Positions 20,098 to 31,262 are shown, counted from the stretch's first letter. The stretch is DNA of 64,000 nt from an uncultured Desulfovibrio sp. (GCA_944327295.1 CALVHF010000002.1:48657-112656); one strand, 5' to 3'. A program made the numbers and translations. Notes: generated by a model from the sequence alone, not told the origin.

Positions 20098-21378
20098 CTA
20101 CTTGCCGAAGCCGGCAATGACCCGTCCGTTGCGCAGGCTGACCCGTCCCAGGGGCAGATCCCGCCACCACAGGCCTGCCTCCTTGCCCTTGAGTTCCGTG
20201 CGCATGCTGACGCCACTCAAAAGGGATCGCACTTCCTGAGGTTCCTGCAGGACAATGCTCCGTGGCGAAGGCTGCATGCAGACCCTGAGCCGGGCGTCGG
20301 CCTGGAAGCCGCCGGATCCCAGGCGTCCCAGGGGGGCGCCCTGCCAGACAAAGCCGTCGGGCAGAAACGTTTCCGAGGCCCTGGGCAAAAAGCGCACCGT
20401 TCCCGAAAAGACCGCACAGCGTCCGTCGGGCAAGAGATCCGGCTGCACGGTTGCCGCGGCAAGCTGCGATCGTGCAACGTCGCAGCCCCCTGTGCCCTTC
20501 CGGACTTCTGCCGGCTCCTGTCCGCTGTGTGTGCCCGGCGCGGCCGGAGTCCGCTTGCGCAGCCGCGCTATATAGAAGCCCTGGGCCCTGGATCGGGTGC
20601 CGTCCACGCGCAGTGTGCCCTCGCTTCCGGCCCGCTCGTCCCAGACAAAGCCTGCAAACGGCTCAATGGGGTCCCGGACAAGCCCCAGTTCCTCTTCGGC
20701 ATAGCGTACCTGCAACTCGTTTTCCTCGCTGTTCGTTGTGCAGGTCGAATACACAAGCACTCCGTCGTCTGCCAGCAGGCTTGCAGCCTGGGCGAGCAGC
20801 CTGCGCTGCAGGGTTATGAGCGGCTGTATCTTGCCCTCGTGCCAGACATCCAGCACCCTGGGATTCTTTTCCACCGTCCCCCAGCCGGAACAGGGAGGAT
20901 CCAGAAGGATGGCCTGGCAGGAACCGGGCCTGAGGGGCAGGACATCGCCCGAATAGGAACAGGTTCCGACCTGTATGCAGTTGCAGGTCTTGAGGGTCAT
21001 GCGTAGGGTATTGAGCCTGGCATGGGAAATTTCATTGGCGAGCACAAAGCCTTCCTCGCCCACGAGCTGCGCAAGAAGGCCGGTCTTGCTGCCGGGACTT
21101 GCGCAGACATCGACCACGGTCGCACCCCGTGCCGGATTCAGGGCCAGAGGCGGCAACATGGAGGAGCGATCCTGAATGTAGATGTAGCCAAAGAAGGCAG
21201 CCAGGGAGCTGCCCAGGGGAAAGGGTTCTTCCAGCAGGCGAAAGCACAAGGAAGAAAAGGGCTCGGGCTCAAAGCGAAAGCCTTCTGCTTCAAGCAGATC
21301 CCGGACCAGGGGCACAAGTTCCTCCCTGGCCGAGAGACGGAAGGAACGCAGAAAGGAAGGAGAATGGCTCGTTGTCAT
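20098..21378 (-). CDS. RsmB/RsmF (NOL1/NOP2/Sun) rRNA m5C methyltransferase
   Basis: YIQDRSSM, DVCASPGSKT, LLDPPCSGWG and VYSTCT motifs. Confidence 0.92.
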   Translation of the reverse strand: MTTSHSPSFLRSFRLSAREELVPLVRDLLEAEGFRFEPEPFSSLCFRLLEEPFPLGSSLAAFFGYIYIQDRSSMLPPLALNPARGATVVDVCASPGSKTGLLAQLVGEEGFVLANEISHARLNTLRMTLKTCNCIQVGTCSYSGDVLPLRPGSCQAILLDPPCSGWGTVEKNPRVLDVWHEGKIQPLITLQRRLLAQAASLLADDGVLVYSTCTTNSEENELQVRYAEEELGLVRDPIEPFAGFVWDERAGSEGTLRVDGTRSRAQGFYIARLRKRTPAAPGTHSGQEPAEVRKGTGGCDVARSQLAAATVQPDLLPDGRCAVFSGTVRFLPRASETFLPDGFVWQGAPLGRLGSGGFQADARLRVCMQPSPRSIVLQEPQEVRSLLSGVSMRTELKGKEAGLWWRDLPLGRVSLRNGRVIAGFGK

Positions 21379-21885
21379 GGCCTCCTTGTACCTGCATGCG
21401 CACAGCTTGCCAAGCAGGCTGCCCTCTGCAGCCGCTTGCCAGTCAAAAAGTCATAAGGAGATGACAAGCACCCTGCGCCCGTTCCTCATGACTGCCCGGA
21501 AACAAGGATGGCAAATCCAGACACTTTTTGAAAAAAACAGGCTTTTGTCCATTGAAAAGTACATGCCGGTCTGGCAAGGAACAGTCACAGAGGGCGGTTC
21601 GGCAAGGGACATGCAGCAGGGATGCAATTCCTGTTCATGCACGCTCCCAGCATATAAATTTTTTCTGCATGACAGAATCTACAGCCATACAGCTATGAAA
21701 GGGAGCATTGCAGACACCGGCAAGTCAGCGTACTATATTTTTTCTTCTGTAGGAGCATATTCAGGGGGCAAAGCACACGTCTCCCTGCGCCATACCTCAT
21801 GGACAGTTCTGCTTGCAGCTCTCTGCCATTTTTGTCAGCATGACGCAGACACCTTTTCGCCAATACGCTTTTTAGGAGATTACCC

Positions 21886-23178
21886 ATGCCTGTATTCCGT
21901 CGCACCCTTGCCCTGTGCTGCCTGCTGATGGCCAGCATGTGCCTGCCTCAGGCCGGCTTTGCAGCCAATCAGGGCAGAGACAATGGCATTATCTTCAACG
22001 AAACCGGAGAAGGCAACAACAGCTCTTCCGGCACCTATCTCAATCCCCAGTTCCGTTACCAGGGATCCACTGCCACAGATGGCTCCCGTCTGCGTACCCA
22101 GCGCCTGAAACAGAACATGGCCGGCATGCTGGTTGCCGACTTCAACGGCGACGGCAAGAACGAGATTGCCATCCTGGGCAACCATGATGTCGCCATCTAC
22201 ACCTGGAGCGGCAAGAATTCCCGCATCCAGGAAATTGGCCGCCAGAGAATCTCTGCAACGAACGACACCTTCAGCTTCCGCTACATGGATATTGATCGTG
22301 ACCGTTCCCAGGACCTGGTCATCACTACCTACAACGAAGAAGACAACAGGCCCTACACCTACTTCTATTCCTTCAAGGGCAACAAGTTCCGCGAAATGTG
22401 CCGCAGGGCACCCTACTTCATCACCGTTGCCAAGATTCCGCCTTACTTCACCCCCACTCTGGTGGGACAAGGCTGGGATTCCGTGCGCCTCTTTGCGCCC
22501 GGTGTGCGCCTCGTGGAAAAGAGAGGCGATAGCTACGCCCTGGGCACACGGCTTGACCTGCCCAAGGGCACAACCTGCTACAATTTCGCTTGGATTCCTG
22601 CCGGCAAGCACTCCCGCGAACAGCTGGTCGTGCTGACGGAAGACGAGCGCATCAAGCTCTATCAGGGCAACAACAATAGCCTCATCCATACCACCATGGA
22701 ACGCTTCTCCGGTTCTGCCGTGGGCATGGATCACTACAAGGGCATGCCCGGTCTCGGCGTGGACAAGAACTATCAGATGCCGACCAAGTACTTTGCGCCC
22801 ATGAACCTCATCACCGCTGATATCGGCAACATGGGCGAACCGGTTCTGCTGGTCAACAAGCCCATTTCCACAGCCTCCCAGCTCTTCGAGCGTTACCGTT
22901 ACTTCCCGCAGGGCGAAATCCATGCCCTGTACTGGGATGGCGTCGGTTTGGCCCTGAAGTGGAAGACCCGCCGCATCCGCGGTTCCGTGGCTGCCGTGGA
23001 TCTGGCAGACGTGGACAACAATGGCATCCTGGACCTCGTGGTAGGCATCAACACCTCGCCCGATCTGGGTGTCGGCAGCAGACAGTGCATGATTACAGCC
23101 TATCCTCTGGATGTCAGTGCAATGAATCCCAACACGCCTGCGGATATGAGCGATTTTGAAGTCAATCCCAACTACTAG
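21886..23178 (+). CDS. Secreted FG-GAP/VCBS repeat protein
   Basis: Signal peptide, then DxD/NxDG-type loops ADFNGDGKNEI, MDIDRDRSQDL and ADVDNNGILDL. Confidence 0.8.
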   Translation: MPVFRRTLALCCLLMASMCLPQAGFAANQGRDNGIIFNETGEGNNSSSGTYLNPQFRYQGSTATDGSRLRTQRLKQNMAGMLVADFNGDGKNEIAILGNHDVAIYTWSGKNSRIQEIGRQRISATNDTFSFRYMDIDRDRSQDLVITTYNEEDNRPYTYFYSFKGNKFREMCRRAPYFITVAKIPPYFTPTLVGQGWDSVRLFAPGVRLVEKRGDSYALGTRLDLPKGTTCYNFAWIPAGKHSREQLVVLTEDERIKLYQGNNNSLIHTTMERFSGSAVGMDHYKGMPGLGVDKNYQMPTKYFAPMNLITADIGNMGEPVLLVNKPISTASQLFERYRYFPQGEIHALYWDGVGLALKWKTRRIRGSVAAVDLADVDNNGILDLVVGINTSPDLGVGSRQCMITAYPLDVSAMNPNTPADMSDFEVNPNY

Positions 23179-23252
23179 CAAGAACGTAAATGTCCCTTGC
23201 CTGTGAGAACGCAAGGGACATTTTCTTTTACAATACGCTTCAGGAGGTTCTC

Positions 23253-24551
23253 GTGCGCATTCTTGTCATTGGTTCAGGAGGAAGGGAGCATGCTCTGGTC
23301 TGGAAACTGGCACAGAGCCCGCTCGTGACAGAAATCTATGTTGCTCCTGGCAACGGAGGCATGGAGGGAGAGAAGATCACCAGCGTGCCGGTACAGGCAG
23401 ATGACATTGCAGGACTTGTCAAACTGGCCAGAGACAAAAGGGTGGACATCGTTGTTCCCGGACCCGAACTGGCCCTGACCATGGGCATTGCCGATGCACT
23501 CGAAATTGTCGGCATCCCCTGCTTTGGTCCGGATCGCTACTGTGCCCAGCTTGAGGGCAGCAAGTCCTTTGCCAAGAATATCATGGAAAAGAGCGGTGTG
23601 CCCACCGCAGCCTGTGCCGTCTTCAGAGACGCTGATGCAGCCAAGGACTTTGTGCGCTCCCAGGGTTCTCCCCTGGTCATCAAGGCCGACGGCCTTGCCG
23701 CCGGCAAGGGCGTCATTGTCGCCCAGACCGAACAGGAAGCCCTGGATGCCGTGGACAGCATCATGTGCCAGAAGAACTTCGGCGAAGCCGGCGCCTGCGT
23801 TGTCATCGAAGAATGCCTCAAGGGCGAAGAAGTGTCCCTGCTCTGCCTGTGTGACGGCACCCATGTCGTGCCCCTGCCTTCGGCACAGGACCACAAGGCT
23901 GCCTATGACAATGATACAGGCCCCAATACAGGCGGCATGGGCGCCTACAGCCCTGCTCCCATTCTGCCCGACAGCGAACTCGAACACATGAGCGATCTCG
24001 TCATCAGGCCCGTGCTGGAGCATCTTGCCCACGAAGGCCATCCCTTCACAGGCATTCTCTATGCCGGCCTCATGATAACGGAAAAGGGCCCTAAGGTTCT
24101 GGAATACAATGTTCGTTTCGGTGATCCGGAATGCCAGCCCCTGCTCTCGCGCCTGGACAGCGATCTTGCCAGCATCATCCTGGCTTGCGTGAGAGGCGAA
24201 CTGAGCAGGGAGCTTGTGCACTGCACCCAAAAGTCTGCCGTGGGCGTGGTGATCACGGCCTCGGGCTATCCCGGAAGCTACAACAAGGGGATGCCCATTG
24301 AAGGCATTGACGAGGCCGAAGCCCTGTCCGACGTCAAGGTTTTCCACAGTGGCACAAAACGCGACGGCGAAGCCGTTGTGGCCAATGGCGGCCGCATCCT
24401 CTGCGTCACGGCCCTGGGCGAAAGCTTGACCCAGGCCCGGGACAAGGCCTACGAGGCCGTATCCCGCATCAGGATGCCTGACAGCCGTTTCCGCACGGAT
24501 ATCGGCCTCAAGGGCATACGCAGACTGAACGAACAACTACAGGAGGGATAA
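23253..24551 (+). CDS. purD: Phosphoribosylamine-glycine ligase
   Basis: GTG start after a CAGGAGG RBS. RILVIGSGGREHAL, IKADGLAAGKGV, QDHKAAYDNDTGPNTGGMGAYSP and EYNVRFGDPECQ. Confidence 0.97.
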   Translation: MRILVIGSGGREHALVWKLAQSPLVTEIYVAPGNGGMEGEKITSVPVQADDIAGLVKLARDKRVDIVVPGPELALTMGIADALEIVGIPCFGPDRYCAQLEGSKSFAKNIMEKSGVPTAACAVFRDADAAKDFVRSQGSPLVIKADGLAAGKGVIVAQTEQEALDAVDSIMCQKNFGEAGACVVIEECLKGEEVSLLCLCDGTHVVPLPSAQDHKAAYDNDTGPNTGGMGAYSPAPILPDSELEHMSDLVIRPVLEHLAHEGHPFTGILYAGLMITEKGPKVLEYNVRFGDPECQPLLSRLDSDLASIILACVRGELSRELVHCTQKSAVGVVITASGYPGSYNKGMPIEGIDEAEALSDVKVFHSGTKRDGEAVVANGGRILCVTALGESLTQARDKAYEAVSRIRMPDSRFRTDIGLKGIRRLNEQLQEG

Positions 24552-25048
24552 TGGCACAGGTCGTCATTCTCATGGGTTCGGCCTCTGACGAGGAAAAGGT
24601 TGCTCCCTGCGTGTCTGTTCTCAAACAGCTGGGCATTTCCTATCTTATCACCGTCTCCTCGGCGCACCGCACACCGGAGCGTACTGCACAGATTGTGGAC
24701 GAACAGGAAGCTGCCGGTGCCCAAGTCTTCATCTGCGCTGCCGGCATGGCAGCCCATCTGGCCGGTGCCGTGGCAGCCCGTACAACCCGCCCTGTCATCG
24801 GCATTCCCATCTCCGGTTCGGCTTTTGGCGGCATGGACAGCCTGCTGTCCACCGTGCAGATGCCTCCGGGATTCCCCGTGGCCACAGTGGCCACGGACAA
24901 GGCAGGCGCCAGGAACAGCGCCTGGCTGGCAGCCCAGATCTTGGCTCTTGGCGATCTCGAACTGGCAGCCAGAATCAGGGAAGCCCGGGAACAGATGAAG
25001 AAGGATATTGAAAAGGTCGGCGCAGAAATCACTGCCCGCTACGCCTAA
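24551..25048 (+). CDS. purE: N5-CAIR mutase / AIR carboxylase PurE
   Basis: MGSASD, SAHRTP, AGMAAHLAG and SLLSTVQMPPG motifs. TAATG overlap with purD. Confidence 0.96.
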   Translation: MAQVVILMGSASDEEKVAPCVSVLKQLGISYLITVSSAHRTPERTAQIVDEQEAAGAQVFICAAGMAAHLAGAVAARTTRPVIGIPISGSAFGGMDSLLSTVQMPPGFPVATVATDKAGARNSAWLAAQILALGDLELAARIREAREQMKKDIEKVGAEITARYA

Positions 25049-25080
25049 GCCTGCAGGCAAAAGAGCGTTCCAAGAAAGAG

Positions 25081-25119
25081 ACGGCTCTGTGATGCAAGAC
25101 GCACACAGGGCCGTTTTTT
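25081..25119 (+). terminator. Intrinsic terminator after purE
   Basis: ACGGCTCTGTG ... CACAGGGCCGT followed by a T run. Confidence 0.7.
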
Positions 25120-25272
25120 GTGCACAAAAAAGAACTCGTTCCCGAGCCACACTGCTGGTTCAGGGACGAGTCGACAAAACTGCCCATGAGTCTGACAGCC
25201 ATACCCCTATTGATAAAACTTGAGGTGACGCCACTGTGGAGTGCCTGCCATTGTTTCACTGAAAAAACAATG

Positions 25273-25304
25273 AAAAAGGGCCCATGAGTTTTTCTCATGA
25301 GCCC
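25273..25304 (-). terminator. Terminator of tRNA-Ala copy 1 (identical copy at 25646-25677)
   Basis: The minus strand reads GGGCTCATGAG-AAAAA-CTCATGGGCCC-TTTTT. Confidence 0.75.
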
Positions 25305-25314
25305 GGGAAATTTC

Positions 25315-25390
<76 letters not shown>

Positions 25391-25687
25391 AACGACCAAA
25401 ATCTGATACGTGATCTTCGCCTGACTGTCAACAAAAAATTTCCGATTTTTTGAATTTTTTCGGTGACAGGAAAACAGGCCCTGTGTCCTGCCTCTCTGTC
25501 CCTGTTGGCACCCTGTTTCTGTTCAGGTCTGCTGGCTGGGCAGACAAAAGCCCAGCCCCTCTGTCTGGACTCATTGCTCAGGCACGCAGCGCAGAACACT
25601 ACGGGAATACGAAGTCCATGGCCGCAGACACTGGTGACAGGCATGAAAAAGGGCCCATGAGTTTTTCTCATGAGCCCGGGAAATTTT

Positions 25688-25763
<76 letters not shown>

Positions 25764-25913
25764 AGCGACCAAGACTTGATACGCGATCTTGTTCCGGCTG
25801 TCGATAGGAAAATGTCACTTTTTTGAAATTTTTTTGTGTGACCCTTTCCTGTCAGTCTCAACAACGGAACAAACCCCGCGTGCAACGTCTGAACTGTCCT
25901 GAAGGAAAGCTGC

Positions 25914-27107
25914 CTAGAGCGCGGCCTCGTCCGCCAGTTCAGCCAGGACTTCACCCACTCTGGACACCGCTTCCTGCAGGACTTCGTCGGAGACGGCGTA
26001 GGAGAAACGGACGCAGTTGTCATCACCAAAGGCACTGCCAGGTGTCAGGGCCACATGCAGCTTGTCCAGCAGATACCTGCACAGCTCAAGGGAGTTGGAA
26101 GCCTTGGGGCCATAGCACTTGTGCACATCCACAAAGAGGTAAAAGGCTCCGTCAGGCTTGGGACACACGGCAAAGGGCCATGTGCTGATGATTTTCATGG
26201 CCAGATCCCTTCTGCGATGGAAGGCCTTGCGCATTTCCGCGATGCAGTCCATGGGGCCCGTGAGGGCGGCCAGGGCGGCCTTCTGGGTAATGGACGAAAT
26301 GCTGGAGGTTGTCTGTCCCTGCATGACTGTGGCTTTTCTGATGATGTCGGGATGGGACACAAGGTAGCCCATGCGCCAGCCCGTCATGGCAAAGCTCTTG
26401 GAGACGCCACCCAGGATGCTCACCTGCTCGGGGTATTTGGCCACGTAGGGGCTGACACTGCACATTTCCGCAGGTTCAAAGACCAGCTGATCATACATTT
26501 CGTCGGCTATGACCATAATGCCTGCGTCAATGGCCACCTTGATGATGGCATCAAGCTCTTCGGCGGTATAGACGGCACCGGTGGGATTGTTGGGAGAGTT
26601 GAGGACGAGGAGCTTGGTTTTCGGCGTGATGGCTGCACGGACCTGTTCGGCATTGATCTTGAAATGGCTTTCGGATGTTGCGGAAATGAAGACCGGCACG
26701 GCATCCACCAGCCGGACCATGTCGGGATAGCTCACCCAGTACGGAGCCGGAATGATGACCTCGTCGCCGGGATTCAGGACCGTGATGAAATAGTTGTAGA
26801 GGGCATGTTTGCCGCCGGCAGACACAAGCACATTGGAGACATCCGCTTCCAGATCGTACTGATTGCGGAAGTAGTCGACCACGGCCCTGCGTAGTTCCAT
26901 GATGCCAGGCACTGCGGTGTAACGGCAGAAGTTTGCGTCAATGGCCGCCTTGGCCGCTTCACAGATATGCCTAGGGGTCGGGAAGTCCGGTTCGCCAATG
27001 GCCAGGCTTGTGACCATGACACCCTGCTCCTTCAGCTCAAGTGCCTTGGCGTTCATGGCGAGTGTCAGCGAGGGCTTGATTTGCGCCAGTCTGTTCGAAA
27101 TCTGCAT
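25914..27107 (-). CDS. PLP-dependent class I/II aminotransferase (aspartate aminotransferase family)
   Basis: MQISNRLAQIKPSLT start, IGEPDFPTP, PYWVSYP, NSPNNPTG, DEMY, and SKSFAMTGWRMG (PLP lysine). Confidence 0.93.
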   Translation of the reverse strand: MQISNRLAQIKPSLTLAMNAKALELKEQGVMVTSLAIGEPDFPTPRHICEAAKAAIDANFCRYTAVPGIMELRRAVVDYFRNQYDLEADVSNVLVSAGGKHALYNYFITVLNPGDEVIIPAPYWVSYPDMVRLVDAVPVFISATSESHFKINAEQVRAAITPKTKLLVLNSPNNPTGAVYTAEELDAIIKVAIDAGIMVIADEMYDQLVFEPAEMCSVSPYVAKYPEQVSILGGVSKSFAMTGWRMGYLVSHPDIIRKATVMQGQTTSSISSITQKAALAALTGPMDCIAEMRKAFHRRRDLAMKIISTWPFAVCPKPDGAFYLFVDVHKCYGPKASNSLELCRYLLDKLHVALTPGSAFGDDNCVRFSYAVSDEVLQEAVSRVGEVLAELADEAAL

Positions 27108-27473
27108 AAATCCGCTCCTTTTCAATATCTCAGAGTCTGTCCAGGCACAGCTTTTTCGACAGAGGGCCATGCACCCTGTGCTAAGGCCTCCGAACCGCAA
27201 GCCATCCATAGTACATCTATCCACCGTGCAGTGGGCTTGTTCTGCCTTGCTCCTCTCCCTTTTTTCGCAAACGAAAAAAGGGGGAACACAGGTAGTCTGA
27301 AATACCCTTTTTAGCCAGGAGAGACAACAGGCAGCTTTCCTTGTGTCCGGATTCGGGGCATACTTTTTTGGGCAGGAACTCCTGACGACAACTCAAGGGA
27401 CTCCCATTCCCTGCTGTTTGCGCACCGTTCCACTGCTCCAGCACTACACTCTGACCGGAAAGGACGAGACACC

Positions 27474-28253
27474 ATGATTGTCCGCAAAAACATTTTCCGT
27501 ACAAGCACGTCTTCAACAAGTACGCCTTCCGATGACAAGCCTCTAGTTCCCTTTGCCGGTCCCCTGCTTGAAGCCTCCCTTGTCCGACGGGAAAAGCGCT
27601 TTCTTGTCTGGGTCAACAGGGATGGGAAAGAACTGTGCATCCACTCCAACAATACCGGGGCCATGTTTGGACTCATGACCCCCGGCTCATCCGTGCTTGC
27701 CTCCCATTCCTCCAATCCCAAGAGAAAGCTTGCCTATACCCAGGAGGCCGTCTTCTGCTCTGCTGCTGGCTGCTGGGTCGGCGTGAACACGCAGATGCCC
27801 AACCGCCTACTTGCAGCAGCCTTTGCCTGCGACAGGCTCCCCTTTGCCGCAGGCTACACGACCCTGCGTACCGAAGTTGTGCGCGAGCAGAGCCGCTTTG
27901 ACGCCCTGGCCCAGGGAGACGGACTCAAAAACCTCTGGATAGAATGCAAGAATGTCACCATGGTCGAGGATGACATGGCCTGCTTTCCCGATGCCCGCAG
28001 CGACCGGGGCCGCAAGCATCTGCTGGAACTCATGGATGTGGTTGCATGTGGTGAACGTGCGGCCATGTTCTATCTGGTACAGCGCGGGGACGGACACTGC
28101 TTCGGTCCGGCAGACTGCATTGATCCGGACTACGCACGACTCTTCTGGCAGGCCATCGACAGGGGCGTGGAAATGTATCCGTACAGGGCCCTGGTCACAC
28201 GCAACGGCGTCTTCCTGCAAGAAGCCCTTTCCCTTGCCTGCCGCCCTCGCTGA
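27474..28253 (+). CDS. sfsA: DNA/RNA nuclease SfsA
   Basis: RREKRFL, HSNNTGAM, WIECKNVT and FPDARSDRGRKHLLEL motifs. Start codon uncertain. Confidence 0.9.
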   Translation: MIVRKNIFRTSTSSTSTPSDDKPLVPFAGPLLEASLVRREKRFLVWVNRDGKELCIHSNNTGAMFGLMTPGSSVLASHSSNPKRKLAYTQEAVFCSAAGCWVGVNTQMPNRLLAAAFACDRLPFAAGYTTLRTEVVREQSRFDALAQGDGLKNLWIECKNVTMVEDDMACFPDARSDRGRKHLLELMDVVACGERAAMFYLVQRGDGHCFGPADCIDPDYARLFWQAIDRGVEMYPYRALVTRNGVFLQEALSLACRPR

Positions 28254-28613
28254 AGACGAGCCGGCCCCTGCACACGCTCTTCCTTCTGTCAGTTCTTGCT
28301 ATTTCTTTACTGACAATTTATCAATAAGAGAGTGTTTTCCTGATGTTTTGTTCCCATAGATTTCTGTTCCTCTCAAAAAAACAAGTCTATTGAAAATAAA
28401 AAACACCTATTAAACAAGGCAAATAGAAGCAGTGCTATCTATATTTTCTAAAAAATGAAATAATTTTTATCCCTTTTTGCTTTTTTTCGGTCTGTGTGCT
28501 AGACAGGGCGAGTGTGCCTTGCACGCTTCCCCCATGCGGCTTCAGCGCACGTCAAAACCTCACACGCCCCGCAGAATATGCGCTCCCTGTCAGTGGAGCG
28601 CCCGGATATTCCC

Positions 28614-29900
28614 ATGGACAAGAAATTCCGATTCATTCCGACATATACCGACGAACAGTTGCAGGAACTGCGTACAGAAGGTTTCCTCTGGACTGTCCGG
28701 CATGCCCAGAACTCTCCCCAGTACAGAGAGCTTTTCCACAAGGCCGGCGTTCAGGTCGAAGATATCCGCAGCCTGGACGATTTGACTCTTCTGCCCACCA
28801 CGGATGCCAATGATCTGCGGGCAGGATATCCCTTCCCCCTGCTCTGCGTGCCCGAAAAGGACGTTGTGCGTGTCCACGCCTCCAGCGGAACCACGGGCAA
28901 GCGCAAAATCCTGGCCTATACGGCCGGAGACGTGCAGACTTTCAACACCCAGATGGCCCGCTGCTACGAGATGGCCGGGCTGACACCCGAAGACAGAATG
29001 CAGATTGCCGTGGGCTATGGCCTGTGGACAGCTGGCGCCGGCTTCCAGATGGGCAGCGAACTCTACGGGCTGATGACCATTCCCGTGGGACCTGGCAACC
29101 TGCAGATCCACCTGCAGCTGATGGAAGACCTGGGCACGACCTGTTTTGGCGCCACAGCTTCCATGGCCCTTCTCCTGGCCGAGGAAGTGGAGCGAGCCGG
29201 CATCAGAGACAGACTCAAGCTGCGCACCATCATCTGCGGCTCGGAAATGCGCAGCGAGAAGATGCGCATTGCCATGGAAAGCAAGCTCGGCCTGGAAGGA
29301 AGCTACGATATTGGCGGCATGACAGAAATGTACGGGCCTGGCACGGCCATTGAGTGCAGCCTGCACACGGGCCTGCATTACTGGGCCGACCTCTTCATCA
29401 TAGAAATTCTAGATCCGGTCACCCACACCCCCCTCCCCATGGGCGAAGTGGGTGAAATGGTGGTGACATCCCTGCGCAAGGAGGCTGCTCCGCTCATCCG
29501 CTACCGCACCCACGACCTTGCCAGGCTCATTCCCGGCAAGTGCGAATGCGGTCTCAACATGCCAAGGCACAGCGCCATTCTAGGCCGTTCGGACGACATG
29601 ATCATCTTCCGCGGCGTCAACATCTATCCCGGCCAGATCGCCGACGTGCTCGGCAAGTACAGGGAAGTGGGCAGCGAATATCAGATTCAGCTCACCAGGG
29701 ATGAATCTTCCGTGGATCACATGAAGATCACCATTGAACGCGCCGAAGGCACGAGCAGCGATTCGGATAAGGAGCTTGCCAGGAGAATTGCCCAGGACAT
29801 GCACACCTCGCTCTTTGTGCGTGTGGATGTGGTCATCACCGATCCCTCGACACTGCCGAGAACCTTCAGCAAGTCCAAGCGTATCGTGGATCTGCGCTGA
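28614..29900 (+). CDS. paaK: Phenylacetate-CoA ligase family (AMP-forming)
   Basis: HASSGTTGK P-loop, YGLWTAG, GMTEMYGPG, IRYRTHD, and GRSDDMIIFRGVNIYP. Substrate not determinable. Confidence 0.88.
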   Translation: MDKKFRFIPTYTDEQLQELRTEGFLWTVRHAQNSPQYRELFHKAGVQVEDIRSLDDLTLLPTTDANDLRAGYPFPLLCVPEKDVVRVHASSGTTGKRKILAYTAGDVQTFNTQMARCYEMAGLTPEDRMQIAVGYGLWTAGAGFQMGSELYGLMTIPVGPGNLQIHLQLMEDLGTTCFGATASMALLLAEEVERAGIRDRLKLRTIICGSEMRSEKMRIAMESKLGLEGSYDIGGMTEMYGPGTAIECSLHTGLHYWADLFIIEILDPVTHTPLPMGEVGEMVVTSLRKEAAPLIRYRTHDLARLIPGKCECGLNMPRHSAILGRSDDMIIFRGVNIYPGQIADVLGKYREVGSEYQIQLTRDESSVDHMKITIERAEGTSSDSDKELARRIAQDMHTSLFVRVDVVITDPSTLPRTFSKSKRIVDLR

Positions 29901-30020
29901 GAATGTCTCTTCCGGGATTCCGTTCTCCCGAGTTCGCCCTTTCCCTGATCACGCCAACTGTTCCACGCTCCTTTTCCCTGGAACGTTCCCTGCACGATCC
30001 AGTCTCATAAGGAATGCCTC

Positions 30021-31262
30021 TTGAACGATTCTTCAGCCTACAGCAAAGCGCGGCACCCAAAACGACGCGACACGCGGAATGATGCCTCTTCCCCTGAAAA
30101 AAAACATGCGGTTCCAAAAGGCGAATCCCATAGTGGTGGCAGGACAGGCAGAGGCTTTGGACGAGGCCGCCAGCACAGTGACAGCGTGCGCGACTTTGAA
30201 GCGCCCGGCCTTGTGCAGAAGAGTGCGGACAGACAGGGCAAGGGACACGGCCGCCGCGTCTGGGGACTTGGCGAGGACCCGGAACTTGAGGAAAAAATCC
30301 GCCTGTATGCTCCGGAACGTCTGAGCGCTGACAAGCTTCCCGAAGCGGGGAGCTTTTGCGTACATATCGCTGCGAGAGGCCTTCTCGGCCCCTTGCTGGA
30401 AGAGCTTGGAGAGCGTATCATCGCGGTACGCGGCAGGGCCGTACTTGCGACAGGTTCGCAACAGGCCTTCTGGGCGCAGACGACCTGGATCCATCCCCAG
30501 TGGATTCCCATCTCGTCCATTGCCGATGCGGCACGCAAGCTCGCCGGACAGCAGCGGAACTGGCTGGCACATCTTGACACTGCCAGCGGTCTCAACAGGC
30601 GGACAACGCTTATTCAGGAAGCGCTGCCCCACATCTCCACCAGACTTCTGACCTTTGGTGATGCGGCGCCCTCGGCGCCTCTGGGTGCCTTTCTCCTCTG
30701 GACGCCGGATCTGATGCTGGCCAGTGCAAACACCACCTCCTCCTTTGCGGACGGAGAAGTGCATTTCGCCGAGAACAGGGAAGATCCTCCAGGACGCGCC
30801 TATCTCAAGCTCTGGGAAGCCTTTACCATCTTTGGCTGCAGACCTGCTCCTGGGGAACTCTGCATTGAACTGGGCGCAGCTCCAGGCAGCTGGACTTGGG
30901 TTCTGGCCCAGTGCGGTGCCCGTGTCTTTTCCCTGGACAAGGCGCCCCTGGCAAAACACATTGCCAAACTCCAAAATGTGGAGCACTGTCTTGGCAGCGG
31001 CTTTGCACTCACACCAGACTGCGTTGGCCGCATTGACTGGCTCTTCTCGGACATGATCTGCTATCCGCAGCGTCTGCTGACCCTGCTCAGGCAGTGGATC
31101 GATGCCGGTGCCATGCGCCAGGCCCTGTGCACCATCAAGTTCCAGTCGCAAAAGGACCACAGTCTCATTGCGGAGTTTGCCGCCATTCCTGGCTCGCAAA
31201 TCCGGCACCTTTCATGCAACAAGCATGAACTGACCTGGTTTTATCAGGAATGCCGCACCTGA
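30021..31262 (+). CDS. SAM-dependent methyltransferase, RlmM/FtsJ-like
   Basis: PPGRAYLKLWEA, ELGAAPGSWTWVL and LFSDMICYP motifs. The N-terminal region is low-complexity and the start is uncertain. Confidence 0.75.
   Translation: MNDSSAYSKARHPKRRDTRNDASSPEKKHAVPKGESHSGGRTGRGFGRGRQHSDSVRDFEAPGLVQKSADRQGKGHGRRVWGLGEDPELEEKIRLYAPERLSADKLPEAGSFCVHIAARGLLGPLLEELGERIIAVRGRAVLATGSQQAFWAQTTWIHPQWIPISSIADAARKLAGQQRNWLAHLDTASGLNRRTTLIQEALPHISTRLLTFGDAAPSAPLGAFLLWTPDLMLASANTTSSFADGEVHFAENREDPPGRAYLKLWEAFTIFGCRPAPGELCIELGAAPGSWTWVLAQCGARVFSLDKAPLAKHIAKLQNVEHCLGSGFALTPDCVGRIDWLFSDMICYPQRLLTLLRQWIDAGAMRQALCTIKFQSQKDHSLIAEFAAIPGSQIRHLSCNKHELTWFYQECRT

Noticed and set aside
27255-27285. Hairpin CCCTTTTTTCG/CGAAAAAAGGG between the divergent aminotransferase and sfsA genes, as a riboswitch or ncRNA
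   Set aside because: No U-tract on either strand and no recognisable aptamer or ncRNA consensus.
28255-28500. AT-rich stretch upstream of paaK (also 14260-14600) as foreign DNA
   Set aside because: Short and intergenic, consistent with ordinary promoter regions. No specific operator could be supported.
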